64,000 bases of DNA from Selaginella moellendorffii (lineage: Eukaryota > Plantae > Lycopodiophyta): the NCBI RefSeq assembly GCF_000143415.4, contig NW_003314276.1, forward strand, positions 181,468 through 245,467, written 5' to 3'. Each line of letters begins with the position of its first letter. Position 1 is the first letter of the stretch. A program made the translations under genes and the position numbers. Under the pieces are notes generated by a model. That model was not told where the DNA came from. It did no database searches and worked only from the letters and a program-made list of their open reading frames with translations. Positions 49,901-63,642 of this stretch are shown here, piece by piece.

Positions 49901-52445
49901 GATATCATCAAATACAGGTGGCAGATCAAGATGTGGAGAAGAGAGCCTTTAAAACTCAATACAGATCTTATAAGTTCCTCGTTATGCCATTTGTGTTATG
50001 CAATGCTCAAACAATATTTAGCACTATGATAGATGGAATATTTTGAGATTATTTGGACACATTTGTTGTCCTATATATCGATGATGTTCTAGTCTTTAGT
50101 GAAACATTAGAGGATCATTTCAAACACTTGAAGCTGATGTTTCAGAAATTGCATGAACACAAATTGTATGCTAAGAATGTAAGTGTGCTTTTGGACAATT
50201 GTGCGTGAATTTTCTTGGACATATAGTTGGTGGTGGCATAATTGAGGTGGATCCAAAGAAGGTACAAGCAGTGAAGTCCTAGGAATTCCTAACCACTATA
50301 TCAGATATTTGTTCTTTTCCTGATTTGCCAAGATACTATCACAAGTTTGTCCGCAATTTTGCATGAATTCCTCTTTCATTGACTAAGTTAACAAAGAGTA
50401 GTATACCGTTTCATTGGACACTAGCTTATCAACGTGCTTTTGTACAGCTGAAGGAAATCTTAACTACAATCCTGTTCTCAAGATCCTAAATCCTGATAAA
50501 CCCTTTGAAGTGCATTGTGATGCATTTGGCTACGCTATAGGTGCTGTATTACAGTAAGATTGTGGCAATGCAGTTGGTGTTATGCTAAGGCAACATGGTT
50601 GTCCTATTGCGTTCTATTCTAAGAAATTGGATGAAACCCAATAAAAATGCCCAATACACGAGAAAGAGATGTTTGTTATAGTGTCAATGTTGGAACACTA
50701 GAAACATTATTCGGGTGGACAATCCAAGGATAGTAAGATATGAGCTACTTTGCTATATAGTCAAAGCTTATGCTGAAGTAGGTTTGTTGGCAAGATAAGC
50801 TTGCTAGATTCGATATTGAAATCATATATAAACCTGGTAAAGATAATATTGTTTTGGATTCCGAGCAATATCGGCAATCAATTTGGACTGGTTGAAGGAC
50901 ATTCGGGCTTTGTATGGAAGTGATCCATTTGTGAAGGCAATCTTGTACCATGCAGAGTTGTCGAAGCAAAACCCAGTAGTGAAGCAGCGAAAGTTGCTAG
51001 CCACACCAATATGAAGCTTCACTTCTTAATTCAAGATAGGTTTATTTTCTATAAACAAGAAAGGTTGTATCTTCCCTCTAAGGATTTATAGCAATTGTTC
51101 CTGTGGGAACATCATGATGTTCTAGCAACAGGACATGGTGGAAAGTGCAAGACTCTTGCTTCATTGAAAAAGGGGTTTTTCTGGTTTGGTATGGAAGGTG
51201 ATATAGCAGATTATGTCCATTCCTATCCTATATGCTAGTAATGTAAGCACAGAACTGAGAAGTAGGCTGGAAAGTTGCAGTGCATTCTAGCACTGGCATG
51301 GCCATTTTAGAGTGTGACTTGACTTTATCACTTGCTTGCCAAAGTCTAAGGGTTATGATACTTTAATGGTGGTTGTGGATTGGTTGTTGAAGATTGCACA
51401 CTTCATTCTAACTATGGAAATAGTGAATGTGAAACAAGCATCAAAGCTCTTTTTCCATGAAGTAATGTGAGTTTTGTGGTCTTTCCGAAGAGATGATCTC
51501 AGATAGAGATTTGAGATTTACAAGAAAGTTTTGGGGCACACTATTCCAGTTGTTCGGTACCAAGTTGAAGTTTAGTATAGCTTATCATCCTTAAATTGAT
51601 GGGCAAACCAAACGTATGAATGCTCAAATTGAGGATTATCTATGGTACTACGTTATGGTGGACCAACACGACTGAGTTGAGCATTTGCACACAATAAAAA
51701 TCTATTATAACAACACATTTCACAGTGCTATTGGCTGTTCTCCATGGGAAATGCTGCAAAGGAATGCTCATGGGGTGCCTCAACAAATTGTTGTACCAAA
51801 ACCAATGTCCAAAGTGTTGGTCCCAGCTATTGAGACTTATGTAGAGCAACTATGCCAATATTGGTCTAGAGCTTTTGAGGTGATGTGCAAAGCTCATGAT
51901 AGGTATTGACATAATAAGGATCAACATCATTGGGATGTATGCTATCAAGTGGGAGATCAGGTATGGCTATTTTCCTGAAACTTCAATGTAAATGGATCTT
52001 TATCTCAACAGCTGTTACCAAGATATGTCGGGCCCTATAAGATTTTGAAATGAATTGGTGATGTATCCTATCGGTTGGATCTTCCTGCAAACATGTCTAA
52101 TGTTCATAACGTATTTCATACCAATTTATTGGCTCTTTACATTATGGATGTTGCATGTCACAGGGAGATTCGTCCACCACCAGATGTTGTGGATGGTGAA
52201 TTTGAATATGAAGTTGAAACTATTTTGGATTCTTGGTTTTGGAGACAAGCTCGTGTGAAGGAATATCTTGTTAAGTGGAAAGTTTACCCGACTTGTGAAT
52301 CAACTTGGGAACCTCTTAAGAATCTCTCGTGAGCTTGTCACGATGTATGAGAATCGTAATAAAGCCTAGCTTTTGTAAATCTTGTAATAAATCTTGCAAA
52401 TCAATAAAGTAATATATTTTTATAAATCAAAAGTTTTGTTTCTTT
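46952..52445 (+). pseudogene. Heavily decayed copy 2 of chromovirus family A (leader + gag-pol + chromodomain)
   Basis: Collinear with the reverse complement of 1-5143; many CGA>TGA, CAG>TAG and TGG>TAG changes; 5' leader/gag start tandemly duplicated (~47040-47455 / 47456-47870). Confidence 0.92.
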
Positions 52446-52864
52446 CATTCATTAGTACTTAGGTTAGTTCTGGTAGGTTGACTTTGACACTTTGATGCAT
52501 GGGTTCAATCCATAACCATGGGGATAACTATTATAGACTGATCACAAGTCCCCACCTCTCTCTCAATGACTCATTTTTTAAAAGGGCATGGTCATATAGA
52601 CAACTTAATCTACTAGTTTATAATAGTTGTCTAAATCTTCCCGATGGGGTTGATTTCTTGCTCAGGGGAATTTGGGCCTTTGGCCTTCTCTTATGTCCCT
52701 ACGGGTAGGGATGTATTATTCCTTTGTAAGCTAAGTGGTACTAAGAGCAGCAAGGGTGGCTAACTTCTGTATTCATTTCCTTATTGATGATGGCTGGAGG
52801 GTGTCTGAGCCTTAATGTTTTTTGATATAGAGGAGAGGTAGTTTCATAACTCATTTAAATCAAT

Positions 52865-55750
52865 TGTAAGCCACAAATTTTTCCTTTCCAATTTGCCAGC
52901 TTACCTTGTTTATTTGACCAACACCGCCTTAGCTTTAGCAAAGTTCCTTTGCCAAAGTTCCCACCTATTGTACCATCTCCTACTTGATCCTACTTGGTTT
53001 CAGCTACTCACGAGCAATAGAGCGTTAATCATCCATCCATAGATTCCCAAATCTCTTCCAATCCCCATTCCCAGGTTAGACTAGACTTAAGGTTTGGCTA
53101 CACTTCTTGCAAGCACAACTAGCAAAGCACACCAAGCCTCTAGATTCTTAACATCTCTTAGTACAACAAGACTTGATCATGGGACCCTCTAACTCTCAAG
53201 CCTTGGGTGCAACACTTACTTCTGGACGTTGGGGCAAAACACCATGGCCTAACGGCCTGGTATGGGTAACGGCCTAGTATGGGTACCTCTACCCCACTAC
53301 TTCCATCCCGAAGGGAAGGCCTAAGCCCCTAGGAAGGGCAAAGACCAATGAGTTGCAAGGTACTCAAGTGGGGCACCACTCCACGTAAGCTGGGAGCACT
53401 GCAGTCAGTTTCCCTTCTGCAAGTGGGAGCTACCTTTGAGCACTTCCTTGGGTGGCCCCTCTGACACCACCCGAGTCCATGCTCACTCCCCCTCGGCCCC
53501 AATCTCAACATCAAGTTAATTTGGAAGCACCACTGCAGAGTTTCTTCAAGACTAGTTCCCCTACAGCTCCTGCCCCCCCCCCCCCCCCCCCCCAGGAGAC
53601 ACATGCTTTGGGCTTTCACCCCTCAACCTATATTAGTACTCGGACTCGGTCTCAGACCCAATCTCAAATCTTGGACTTTGTCTTGAACTCAGTCTCGAAC
53701 TCGGTCTCAAAATTGGTCTCGAACTCGGTCTCAAAGTCGGTCTCAAAGTCGGCCTCGGACTCAATCCTAGACTCTATCTTGAACTTGGTCTCAGAGTTGG
53801 TCTTGGACTCGATCTCAAACTCAGTCCTATCCAATGAACTCTTTATCATTGCGGTCGTGCTTTCACTGATCCTTTAGCTTATGACACCTCGGAAAATTGG
53901 TTCCTTAGAACTCCACCACCCATAGAAGAAGTTCAAAGCTTATATCGAACATCTTTTGTTAATCCTATGACTTGTTCACCATGTCTCCAGAGGCATCCCC
54001 CTACTTAGCAATATGTCTAAGTTAGCTTCCCTAGCCAAGAGCCCATGACAACGGAATATAGGTGTCCCTATACCCCTCACCTCACCACACCTTAGTATGG
54101 GGTTGGGACTTAAACCCAACTTTGCTTAACTAAGGGGTTGGGATTAGAACCCAACCTCCGTAGAATACATTTACAGATTCGACATCCCCGTGGGGAGTCG
54201 AGCATAGTTCCCTATGCCTGGTCAACTTTGCTAAATCATGCTAATTAGCTTACCTTCGATGCACCTTTGGGTCCTACCATATGCCATTGCTCAACTTCAC
54301 AAATTGATACCTTTATTTGAACTTTGCATAAGTATATAGAGTTCTACCTTGCAGAAATTCCTCCACTAGATCTCAGTCATTTGCTAAGTTCTCCTCCGGT
54401 TCCCATGTCACTTTGTAGTGTGGAAATGCTTTCCACTTCACATGGAACTCCATCACCTCGCGTCCTTGTCACTTACTCTTGCACACATTGAGGATGGCCT
54501 CAACTTTGTATTCCTCTTCCCCTTAGATAACCTTAGATAAAGGACTCACTTGGTCCTTGTGAAGTGGATCCTCAAAGTACGGCTTGAGTAAGTTCAGATG
54601 GAACATGGGGTGCATCTTCCCCATCTCTTGAGGAAGTCAAAGGCAGTAAGCCACTTTACCGATTCGTGCCTCAATGTCGTAAGGCCCTACGAACTTGTTT
54701 AAAGAACTCAAGATCAGTTCATTTCCAGGAATACATACATTTTTACCTTTGGGTCAGCTTCTGGCTGATCCCACTTAGTAGTCTTAGGTTCTTGGTGTTC
54801 AGCCACACCTTCTCCCAAGGTTGGAACTCTATGTCTCGACACTTCTGGTTCACATACTTGGTTTGCCTTTGTTGAGCCCATTCCAAGGAATCTCTTACTA
54901 GATTCCAAATATTGAATCTTTTCACCATAAATGCCTCCACTGCTAATGACTCTCCATGATATTCGGCCATGCCGAGTTCCATAGGACCTTCAATAGCTCA
55001 CCCATTCATAACGTCCCATGGACTCACCCTGGTGGTGAGTTGTTATAACACATTTCCGCAAGTCCCAAATGACTTACCCAATCGGTTTAGTCTCCTAAGA
55101 TATAGCATCACAAATAATCCTCCCAAATAGTCCCGCTTCATTGCAGTTGAAGCATGTGTTGTTTCCCACGCTACTAGCAGACTTGACCTTCTTATCCGTA
55201 GGTTTGTCTCTTTTTGCTTGACTCCCCCATGTACTTGCTCGTAGCCTTTGAATCTGCCTTTCTGGACCCCGAGGACTCATTCTTAAATAAACTCTTCTTG
55301 AATTTCCCTGTGCCATATGTTCCCCTTGGTTTGGCCCCTTTGCTAAATGTGGACACCAACCCCATCGTGTTCCCCTTTCACAGGTTATCATAGAAATGCA
55401 CCTTGATAGCCGCATCCAATGCTTCCTTGTAATTGGTTTGGTTCCAATGCATCACCTCACCGCGAGCCTAGGTTTCCAAGCCTGATATGAAGGCATGGAA
55501 TGCATCCATATCACCCATATCCGTGACAAGTATCCTCTTTACCATAAACCCATTCACATACTCTTGAATGGTTGTGGTCTGCTTCAGCTTACTCAACTCA
55601 TCACTTAGGTGCAGAGTAGCATTCGGAGGAATATAAGTCGCACAAATCCTCACCTTCGTCATTTCTTAAGTGGCCACCGGTCCTTTGTTGGCCTCTATCA
55701 TTCTCCACCAAGACTTGGCATTATATGCCAAGTATGGTTTTGCATATGGA
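52865..55750 (-). mobile_element. Internally deleted chromovirus: 3' LTR (52865-~53909), PPT, integrase-chromodomain remnant (~54350-55090), gag remnant (~55100-55750)
   Basis: LTR starts TGTAAGCC; same PPT junction ACTCCACCACCCATAG as at 40413; YKVEAIL..FHVKWKAFPHYKVTWEPEENL and CFNCNEAG on the minus strand. Confidence 0.72.
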
Positions 55751-58246
55751 AGGTTAGTATAGTTAGACCAGCAAGAGGTTAGTATAGTTGGATCCTTTTG
55801 GTAGCCCCTCTTGTAATAATGGAGTTAACTGGGCATTTTAAGTGTACTTAGACCGGACAGGTATAAGGAAAGAATTCCTACATGCTATTAGCTAATCATA
55901 CTTAGCTCGGTCAAAAAGTTCCCATCTCATTATATCTTGCACTAAAGCTCTATTTCGTTAAAGTGGGATTTATTCAGTAAAATGGGACTAGGTACAAATT
56001 TTCAAGTATTTGAAAATGACGTGAAATTATATGTTTTTTGTCCAGGGGCTAGACATATCTGGGGCATGGTGACTAGCGCGGTGACTTTGTGTCCAGACTG
56101 AGTCCATCTGGTTGTATAATAAATCTCATTGTCAAGGTGAACAAGCCGAATCTGAAGCTAAAGAAGAGCGATGGCATGCGCGCACACACTATTTGTTTGT
56201 TCATTGAGCGTGTGGTGAGCTTTCCAAGATGAACGTCATTCCTATTAGCCAGACATATAACTTAATGGTGAGAACATTTAGATATTATTCAATGTTATCT
56301 TTTTCTAACGAATCTAATTGTGAAGGTGTAGCAAGAGGCATTGCTAGTCTGGAGAAGTCATTTAACTCATTTGACCCTTAGTGTATTGTGGCAGCCACAC
56401 TGTGTCCCATTCTCTCATCTTGTACCTCATCACTGGAGCACCGTCACGCATGTTGAAATGAAACTGAAGAGGAAGGTGTACTTTCTTTTCCCATGAAGAG
56501 ATGTTCTGTCATCAGTTGTAGTGGTGTTTGATTGTGAATCCTTCACATTCTCAAACACTAAATGCCTCAATTTCCACCGCACAATGCTTCCAATAGTCAG
56601 ACTATTTTCTTCTGTGTCAACAACCTCTAAAATCGCAACTCCAATATCATCCCAGCCCAATTCTTGATTAGCAACCGCATCTCTTGGATCGACAACTGTG
56701 GCTAAGCCCTCAGCTACCACCTCCCCCTCGGGGTTGTTTAGAAACACCTTTGCCTGAATCCATGTAGCACGGTTCTTAAGATCCATGGAGGGAACATGCA
56801 TTGCACTTATGCTGTCCCCAACATTTGCTTTCTTCTAAAGATTTTTCAAGGCAACAACAACATTTACCCCGACGACCATCTCTCCTCGTTCAATAACGAC
56901 CATATTCCCATCGAAGACAGTCTCTACTGATACAGCAGCATTGCCTTCCCCAAGCCTTTGATAGTGTATAACAAAGTTCTGATCCATAGACACAAGGGTC
57001 TCTTTTGCAACTCTCTTCCCACCATTCAAAATGTAAACCTTTTCCCCAACCGTGAAGGCCATTCTGAAAGTGCAGAAAAGAAGTTAAGACCATACAAAAA
57101 ATGATTGGAGAATGGCCTAAATCATAACATACCAAACAACCTCAATAGCATGAGGCCACATGCCATTATTCAAACATCCTATTGACACCCACGTGAAATT
57201 TCGTATTCACAAAATTGGCATGAGCCCTCATGCCATCTTGATAAACACACAGCTACAGGTAGGTAAAAAAACTATTAGCAATATGTTAATGATGAACTTG
57301 CAAGCCCCAAGATGGCATGAGCCCTCATACCATTAGTCGTACCGTAGCGCCACTCGCACCACCGCAACTGCTCGTAGCACCGCTTGCACAAACTGCCACT
57401 CGCATAAACTACCGCTCGCAATGGCGCTCGTAATGCCGCAACCGCTCGTAGACGCATAAACCATAGCTCACAACGCTGCTTACACAAGCAGCGCTCACTG
57501 CGCTCAGCGGAACCAAAACATGGCGCACAAAAATGATAGACCTAGGAATGAGTTCGAGAATTCAAAAATAACACACGCTAGAACGTCACATCAAATCCTC
57601 TGACAAACCAGATCTTATGATTCCTCTGACAAATTTCAAACTGAGTAGCTTCTAGACTTTGCTGTCGAACGTTGAACTTTGTCACATCATGTCCTTGCCT
57701 CGATCCAGCTGTGCCATGTCAGTGATTCGAACTTTGCCATGCCATGTCAGCGATCCGCGCCAAGATTATTCGCCGTGTAAAGGAATAATTATGTTGTGTA
57801 TGTACGTCCATTTATGGCAATATAAGGCCACATGCCATTCAAAGAATAATGCTAGTCGAGCATTTTTTGGTGCATTTTTGGGTTCAAAATTGCATGAGCC
57901 CACACGCTATAAAGTTTACCTGTACCAAAAATAGAAACAGCTTTATTTACTTGGGAATTTAAGTGGTTGAGGCATTTTTAAACTTACAAACACATGCCCT
58001 ACTTACATTCCTTTGGTTGCTTAAAATTCAAAAATATTATAAACCTTTCTTTTTGCATTTTCAATGTTTTCAATTATGGTTTTTGATTTTCGCAGGACCA
58101 GCCTAGTAATCTATTTGCATCCCGTCATGTTTATAGCTAGCTTTCGTTTGTCCCCTTCGCTAGCCTGAGATACATCTGCTCGGCATCTGCCTCTTACAAC
58201 ATTTGCCCAGAAAGGGCATCTTTCTTCATGCAGCATTTGCCATATG

Positions 58247-58265
58247 TTTAGGGTTTAGGGTTTAG
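58247..58265 (+). repeat. Short interstitial plant telomeric repeat / telo-box
   Basis: TTTAGGGTTTAGGGTTTAG. Confidence 0.7.
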
Positions 58266-58797
58266 CAATTCAGTAGCTTGATAAACATGCAAATACAGAA
58301 CTTGATGCAAAATCCTTTGATATGTCACAATGCCCCTAAGACCATAAACACATTTCAATATAGAGGGTCCTTTCATTTCATAACTCCTTACGTAGATCTT
58401 GGTGAAACCAGAGTTAGTGAAGTTAGTTTCTTGTGATCCCGCATCTGATATTGATGTCCCTTTGCAGTGTCAATGGAAAGGTCAATGCACACCAAACTGT
58501 AGAATCTTGGAGCAAAATAACGGTCGGATCTATGGCAGATGCCCCTGAAACATTGTAAGGCTCGTGTGGTCTCATGTGGTGTCCGATCGAGATGCTTCTT
58601 TGCAGGGTCATCAAGAAAGATATTGTATACCATTCTGTAAAATCTAGTTGCGATCTAACGGTTGGATCTCCAGAAAACTCAAAAAAATCTCGCGCATGTC
58701 AGAATATTCTAGGAATATACTCCTATGTGCCCCTTAAAATGGAATGCGGCCCCACACCACTCAAGAGGTAACGCGAGATGACGCCGAGCTTTTTGGC

Positions 58798-61700
58798 ATT
58801 TGAAGCTCAACACCTTGCGTTTCTCGCAGTCTCTAGACGACGACGACCTTCTGACAGTGGCTAATGCTCTTCTACGTGGTGAGGTAGTCTTCAACAAGAC
58901 CAAAATGACTCCCGGCCATATTGTGACATACGAGGACTTGTGCACGACTCTGAGAGCTCGTGCGCTATTGAAGGATTGGATCTTCGAGCAAGTGGCCGTG
59001 GAGAGGGTGAGCATCGACACCACGCAAGAGATGATGGAAGAGCTGGAGTTGTCAAATGAAGACATCGACGAGTACGTGAAGGGGGCCCCCAAGTTCATCG
59101 ATCTGCTGCGGGATGCCACGAAAAGTAAAGCTGAGAAGTTGGATCAGTATCCAAATTTCATTAAGAGGGATGTCGACCGCCGGCTTCAGAAACAGCTCGA
59201 CCCCGCAGCAGAGGCCTATCGAGAACCTTACCGGGTATACTTGAATTCGGATGAGGATCAAAGGTGGAGGAGCATCGTTTCCCGCGGAGATGAGCATGTC
59301 AAGAACATCTTTTGTGTGATGGACTTCACAAACGAGGAGATCACTCATGCAGACGAAGTCAGCTCCATCATTGACTTAATGGTGGGACTTGCGGAGGTGG
59401 AATCTTCAGTCCACTATATGATCTACGACTCCGAATCCTATCACAAGTTCTGGAAGGCCTTGAACGAAGGTCTTCAACGCAATAGCGGGTGGGTCACCTG
59501 CTTCCGACTCCAAGGGTAAATGCGTTGTCGAGTACAACTGCGGCGGACTATTCTTTCGAGTCGCACTACTCAAGGGTGTCCCATGTGTTGCAGTGACAAA
59601 CTCCATTGAAGAGGTGACTTCAATGGAGCATATAATTATAGTTGCCAAAGAAAAATAGTATCTTCTTTGTGAACCTGGTAAGTACGCACTTTAAGTTTAA
59701 ATGTTATCTCACAAGCTCTGTATGCAGGAGCGTGGCCACCCCCAGATGCTGAAACGACGTTAACAGCTACTGTTGAAGATACCCATGTTGGGCCGAGCTC
59801 ACAACCTGCACAAGGTAAGGTCACATGAGGCCTCACGCCATTTTGATTATAAATCGTTGTGAATATTCAGACACGAGGACTGAAAAGCGCACTGGTGGTG
59901 CATCGAAGAAGGACAAACAGACAAGCAATAGGAAAAAAGGAGGTACAAATTATATTTGCAATGGCGTGTGGTCTCATGCCATTCCTTGCTGGAGACACTT
60001 CTTCAAAGGCAAAACAGGCAAGCACCAGCCAAGTACAACGGACGAGAGGTACCAATCATTTTTGTTATATACGTGAATTCTCATGCCATTGCTTCTTTCA
60101 GCTCAAATTCCAAAGAGACTAGGGCAAGCAGCGCAGACCTCACGACAACAACCTGAAGGTTTGATGCCGTGTGGCCCCACGCAATTAACTAATGTTCTTG
60201 CAGATCGCGTCGAGGAAATCGAACGGAACAACGTGCATCCAGTGGAGGAGGGGGAGGCCTCGGAGAGTGATAAGGAGAGTTCTGAAATAGGTACGATCAT
60301 GACATATGGCCCCATGCACTTATCTAAGTTTGTATTTTAGGGGAACGAGTTGAACCAATGGAAAACTTTATGAAAGGTAACTTAAAAATATTATGGGATG
60401 TTGCATGTGTTGATGCAATAATATACAGTTCAAGTGCCAAGGAGACGTCGTGAACCTCGAATTAGGCTACCTGCAAAACAGCTTTCAGACACTGTAGACA
60501 AAGAGATGGACAACCGACTAGGGCAGAGGAGGAAGGGTAAAAGCATTTGTGTGCTTATCGCGTATGTCCTCATGCTATTTCTGTAGAATGGGCGCATAAG
60601 AAACGAAAGCGAAAGGGAATTGAGGAGCAAGCACCTGAGGATGCGGAAGGCACGACAGAGCCTCTAAGGATGGGAAGTAAAGCGTCATGGCTATTGCATG
60701 GGTCCTCATGCCATTTCTTGCAGATCAAGCTCAAATTGACAGTGGTCATAAAAAGCGAAAGCACGTTGGACAGTCGTCGGGATCAGAGGCGTTTGATTCG
60801 AAAAGGAAGAAGGGCAACGAAAAGATGATAGGTAATACCTCGCGGTTATGGCTTGTGTGCTCATGCCATTCATTGCAGATCAAGGGCTGAGTGAAAGCAG
60901 GCAGTTACCACCTCCTGACTCAGATTCCTATGGCGGACTCCCCTTCCCCAATCTCAATGGAGAGGTACAATGGATGAGGGATGTTTTTCAAGTCAGGGCC
61001 ACATTTTTCTCATCTCGTCGTCTTTGAAGGGTGCAAGAACGTGCAGAAACCATGTTAAGACAGTCGGGTGAGGATACGGTCCTAGGTCACACACTAAAAT
61101 AGGCTATGGATGTCTTGTATTTTGAGATGGAGACTCGGCCAGATGATTTTCCCAAGATGGTCCTGGAAGAACAAGCCATCCAGCCTGAGCAGCCTATGGA
61201 AGAAATGCAGGAGGGGGATGAGGAGCCAAAGAAAGATAATGAGCAGGAAGAGCAGAAGGACGAAGAGGAGGACAAAGAAGAGGAGGACGAAGAAGAGGAG
61301 GACGAAGAGGACTTGGATGGTCCTCACAATGGTGACGATCACAATAACGATGACGACGATGATGACGACGATGGCCAGTCTGAGGTGGCCAAAGAGCAGC
61401 GGAGGAAGGTCATACAAGACAAACCATCAGGTAAATAATAGTACATCCATTCCTAACCTTTTACCATTTCTAACATTGTCCAGTTAGGTCGCAGAGCAAA
61501 TGGTAAGTAGAGATTATTCAGTTGAATTAAGATACAAACTCTAGCCTTTAGTGTCGAGGAAGTATAGTGCCAAGCAAGGGTCGAAACGTATGTCCAATCC
61601 TTCAGAATCAGCAGTGCGCCCAAGTGATATCGGTCCTAGTTCCTCAATAGCAGTTGATGGTAAATATAGTATAGTCGATTCAATGTGCTAATGAGTTTGT

Positions 61701-63200
61701 TTTTAGTAGCACTGGAGGATACCATCTCAATCGAAGGGAGATATTTGGACATGCATATGGATCCGCCAGTGGACTCTACTTGCCTGCAAGAGTCATTAGA
61801 GCTGGAGGAGGCTACTATCCATATCAACGCCAAGCAAGCTGACCACGCTCCACTTGATGCTGCCCATACCACTGAGTCAATCTTGTCCACGTATCCAACT
61901 GATGGTGACTAGGCGCCATTGGACCCACATGAGGCCGCCCCAGTCGCCGAGCCGGTCGTATCCTCATTTCCAACAGACTCAACGTGTGCCCAATCGTCTG
62001 ACTACGCGCCGTTGGAACCTCCCTACACCGCCCCTGCTGCCTGTTCGGTCATGTCCACTTTGCCAACGGAGGCACCAGCTGAAATGGCGTGTGATCACAC
62101 GCCATCGGAACCACCCATGCCACTGTTGAGCCAGTTGTACCAGAGTCTACAGCTGAAATGGCATGTGCCCACACGCCATCGGATGCGATTGACCCCACAT
62201 TGCAGAGGAGAGTATTTCCGCCCTTCACGTTTCCTCGACCAAAACCCTCTCAACAACCATCGGGAGCACCATTCGCTAATATTGTAGATGGTAAAATTGA
62301 CTTGTACCATTTTTTATGCTGACGCATTTCATTTCAGAGTCACGGCGAAGGTACTATATCATTTTTGATCTGAACGGTGTCCTTTTCTCCCATGAGTGTG
62401 GCTCGTCCTCGAATGTCACTGCACCCTCCAAAGCCTGCGGTCGCAAGTTGGTCAAAAGAGACAGATTCACATTAATCACACGGGAGAAACTGCGGGATCT
62501 AATAATGACCATGCGACAGTTAAAACAGAGGGCCGGGTTCAATTTGCAATTGGGAGTTTGGACATCCATGATGCGCCACAATGCATTAACGTTGCTACAG
62601 ATGATGCACGATCAGACGCAAGTAATATTACCATTTGACTTTCTCCTAACGCAGGAGGATTGCTTGACTATGGTCTATGTGAGGGGTAGCAAGTCCATCT
62701 TCGTCAAGCTAGAGGCTGTAGTGATGAACCGGACTGCTAGGTCAAGTGAAATCCTCATCATCGATGACTCGCCGATTAAAACTGCAGCGAACACGCACAC
62801 ATATGCAGTGCACCCCATCTCTTGCAGTATGGAAACTAGGGAGAAGAAACCGTATGTTCTGGGGGACCTTGCAAAATGGCTTGGAGCGATGGTGATAGAG
62901 AACCGGCCAATCCAGGAGGTGGCTGCAGAAATCAACCAAATGGCACATGGAACGGTATATCAGAAGCCATTTGATCGGACAGACACCAGTCATCATTTAT
63001 GGCATGTATATTGTCTAGCCAAGCACTATCCGCATCTCCATAATCTGCTCAACCGGATGGGTTCTTCGACCACTGAACATGAGCGTGGACGTATTAGAGA
63101 AGAGATGGCATTACTATTGGGTTTAAATCCTGATAGTGTGGAGAGTGATGAAATTCCAAGATTATTGTATAGGCGTTGGAGGCAAAAAATAACAGTCTGA
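58798..63200 (+). pseudogene. Cargo gene of copy 2 (5' part missing; extra micro-exons at 60034-60729; HAD domain open at 62316-63200)
   Basis: Near-identical to 28062-32040; stops at e.g. 59656 and 61099; retains FDLNGVL and IIDDSP. Confidence 0.85.
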
Positions 63201-63642
63201 GATGGCATGTATTTATTTAAAAATGTAACTTATTATGGCATGGGGTTCCATGCCATTGTATTAATATTAAAAGACAATTCTTTGAGAGGATTTGCATTAT
63301 ACTAGAAGTGTTACAGCATGTTATTGGAAGTCTATGAAGTTGTTTTATTAATAAGGGGAAAGTAAAGATTGAATGGGGACTTGGGCTCCACCTAGACTCG
63401 GAGCAACTGAGCCAATATTAAAAGGATGGAAAGAAATTGGACGACAATGACAAGGAGAAGAGAGAGGTGAAGCAGTGGCAAGGGGAGGAGAAGTGATTGA
63501 GTAGACATTTCCTTGTTTAAAATAAAATGGCATGTGCCTCAATGCAGTTGAATTTTGTTATATTTATATACTATATAAAGGTTTGGAAACCTTATTTTAC
63601 AAATGGGATAATGACAATTCCCACTTTAACAAAATAGAGCTT

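Larger units (their letters stand above)
55945..63642. mobile_element. Deleted, non-autonomous copy 2 of the Sola1-like transposon, inserted in a family-A LTR
   Basis: Same TIRs (55945-55968; 63619-63642), TSD ACTA/ACTG; the flanks rejoin into a family-A LTR; transposase core deleted (junctions ~56388 and ~56471). Confidence 0.92.

Noticed and set aside
59820-60870. CRISPR-like array of palindromic repeats with unique spacers
   Set aside because: Repeats are degenerate, spacing is irregular, there are no cas genes, the context is eukaryotic, and the spacers read as in-frame exons bounded by GT-AG
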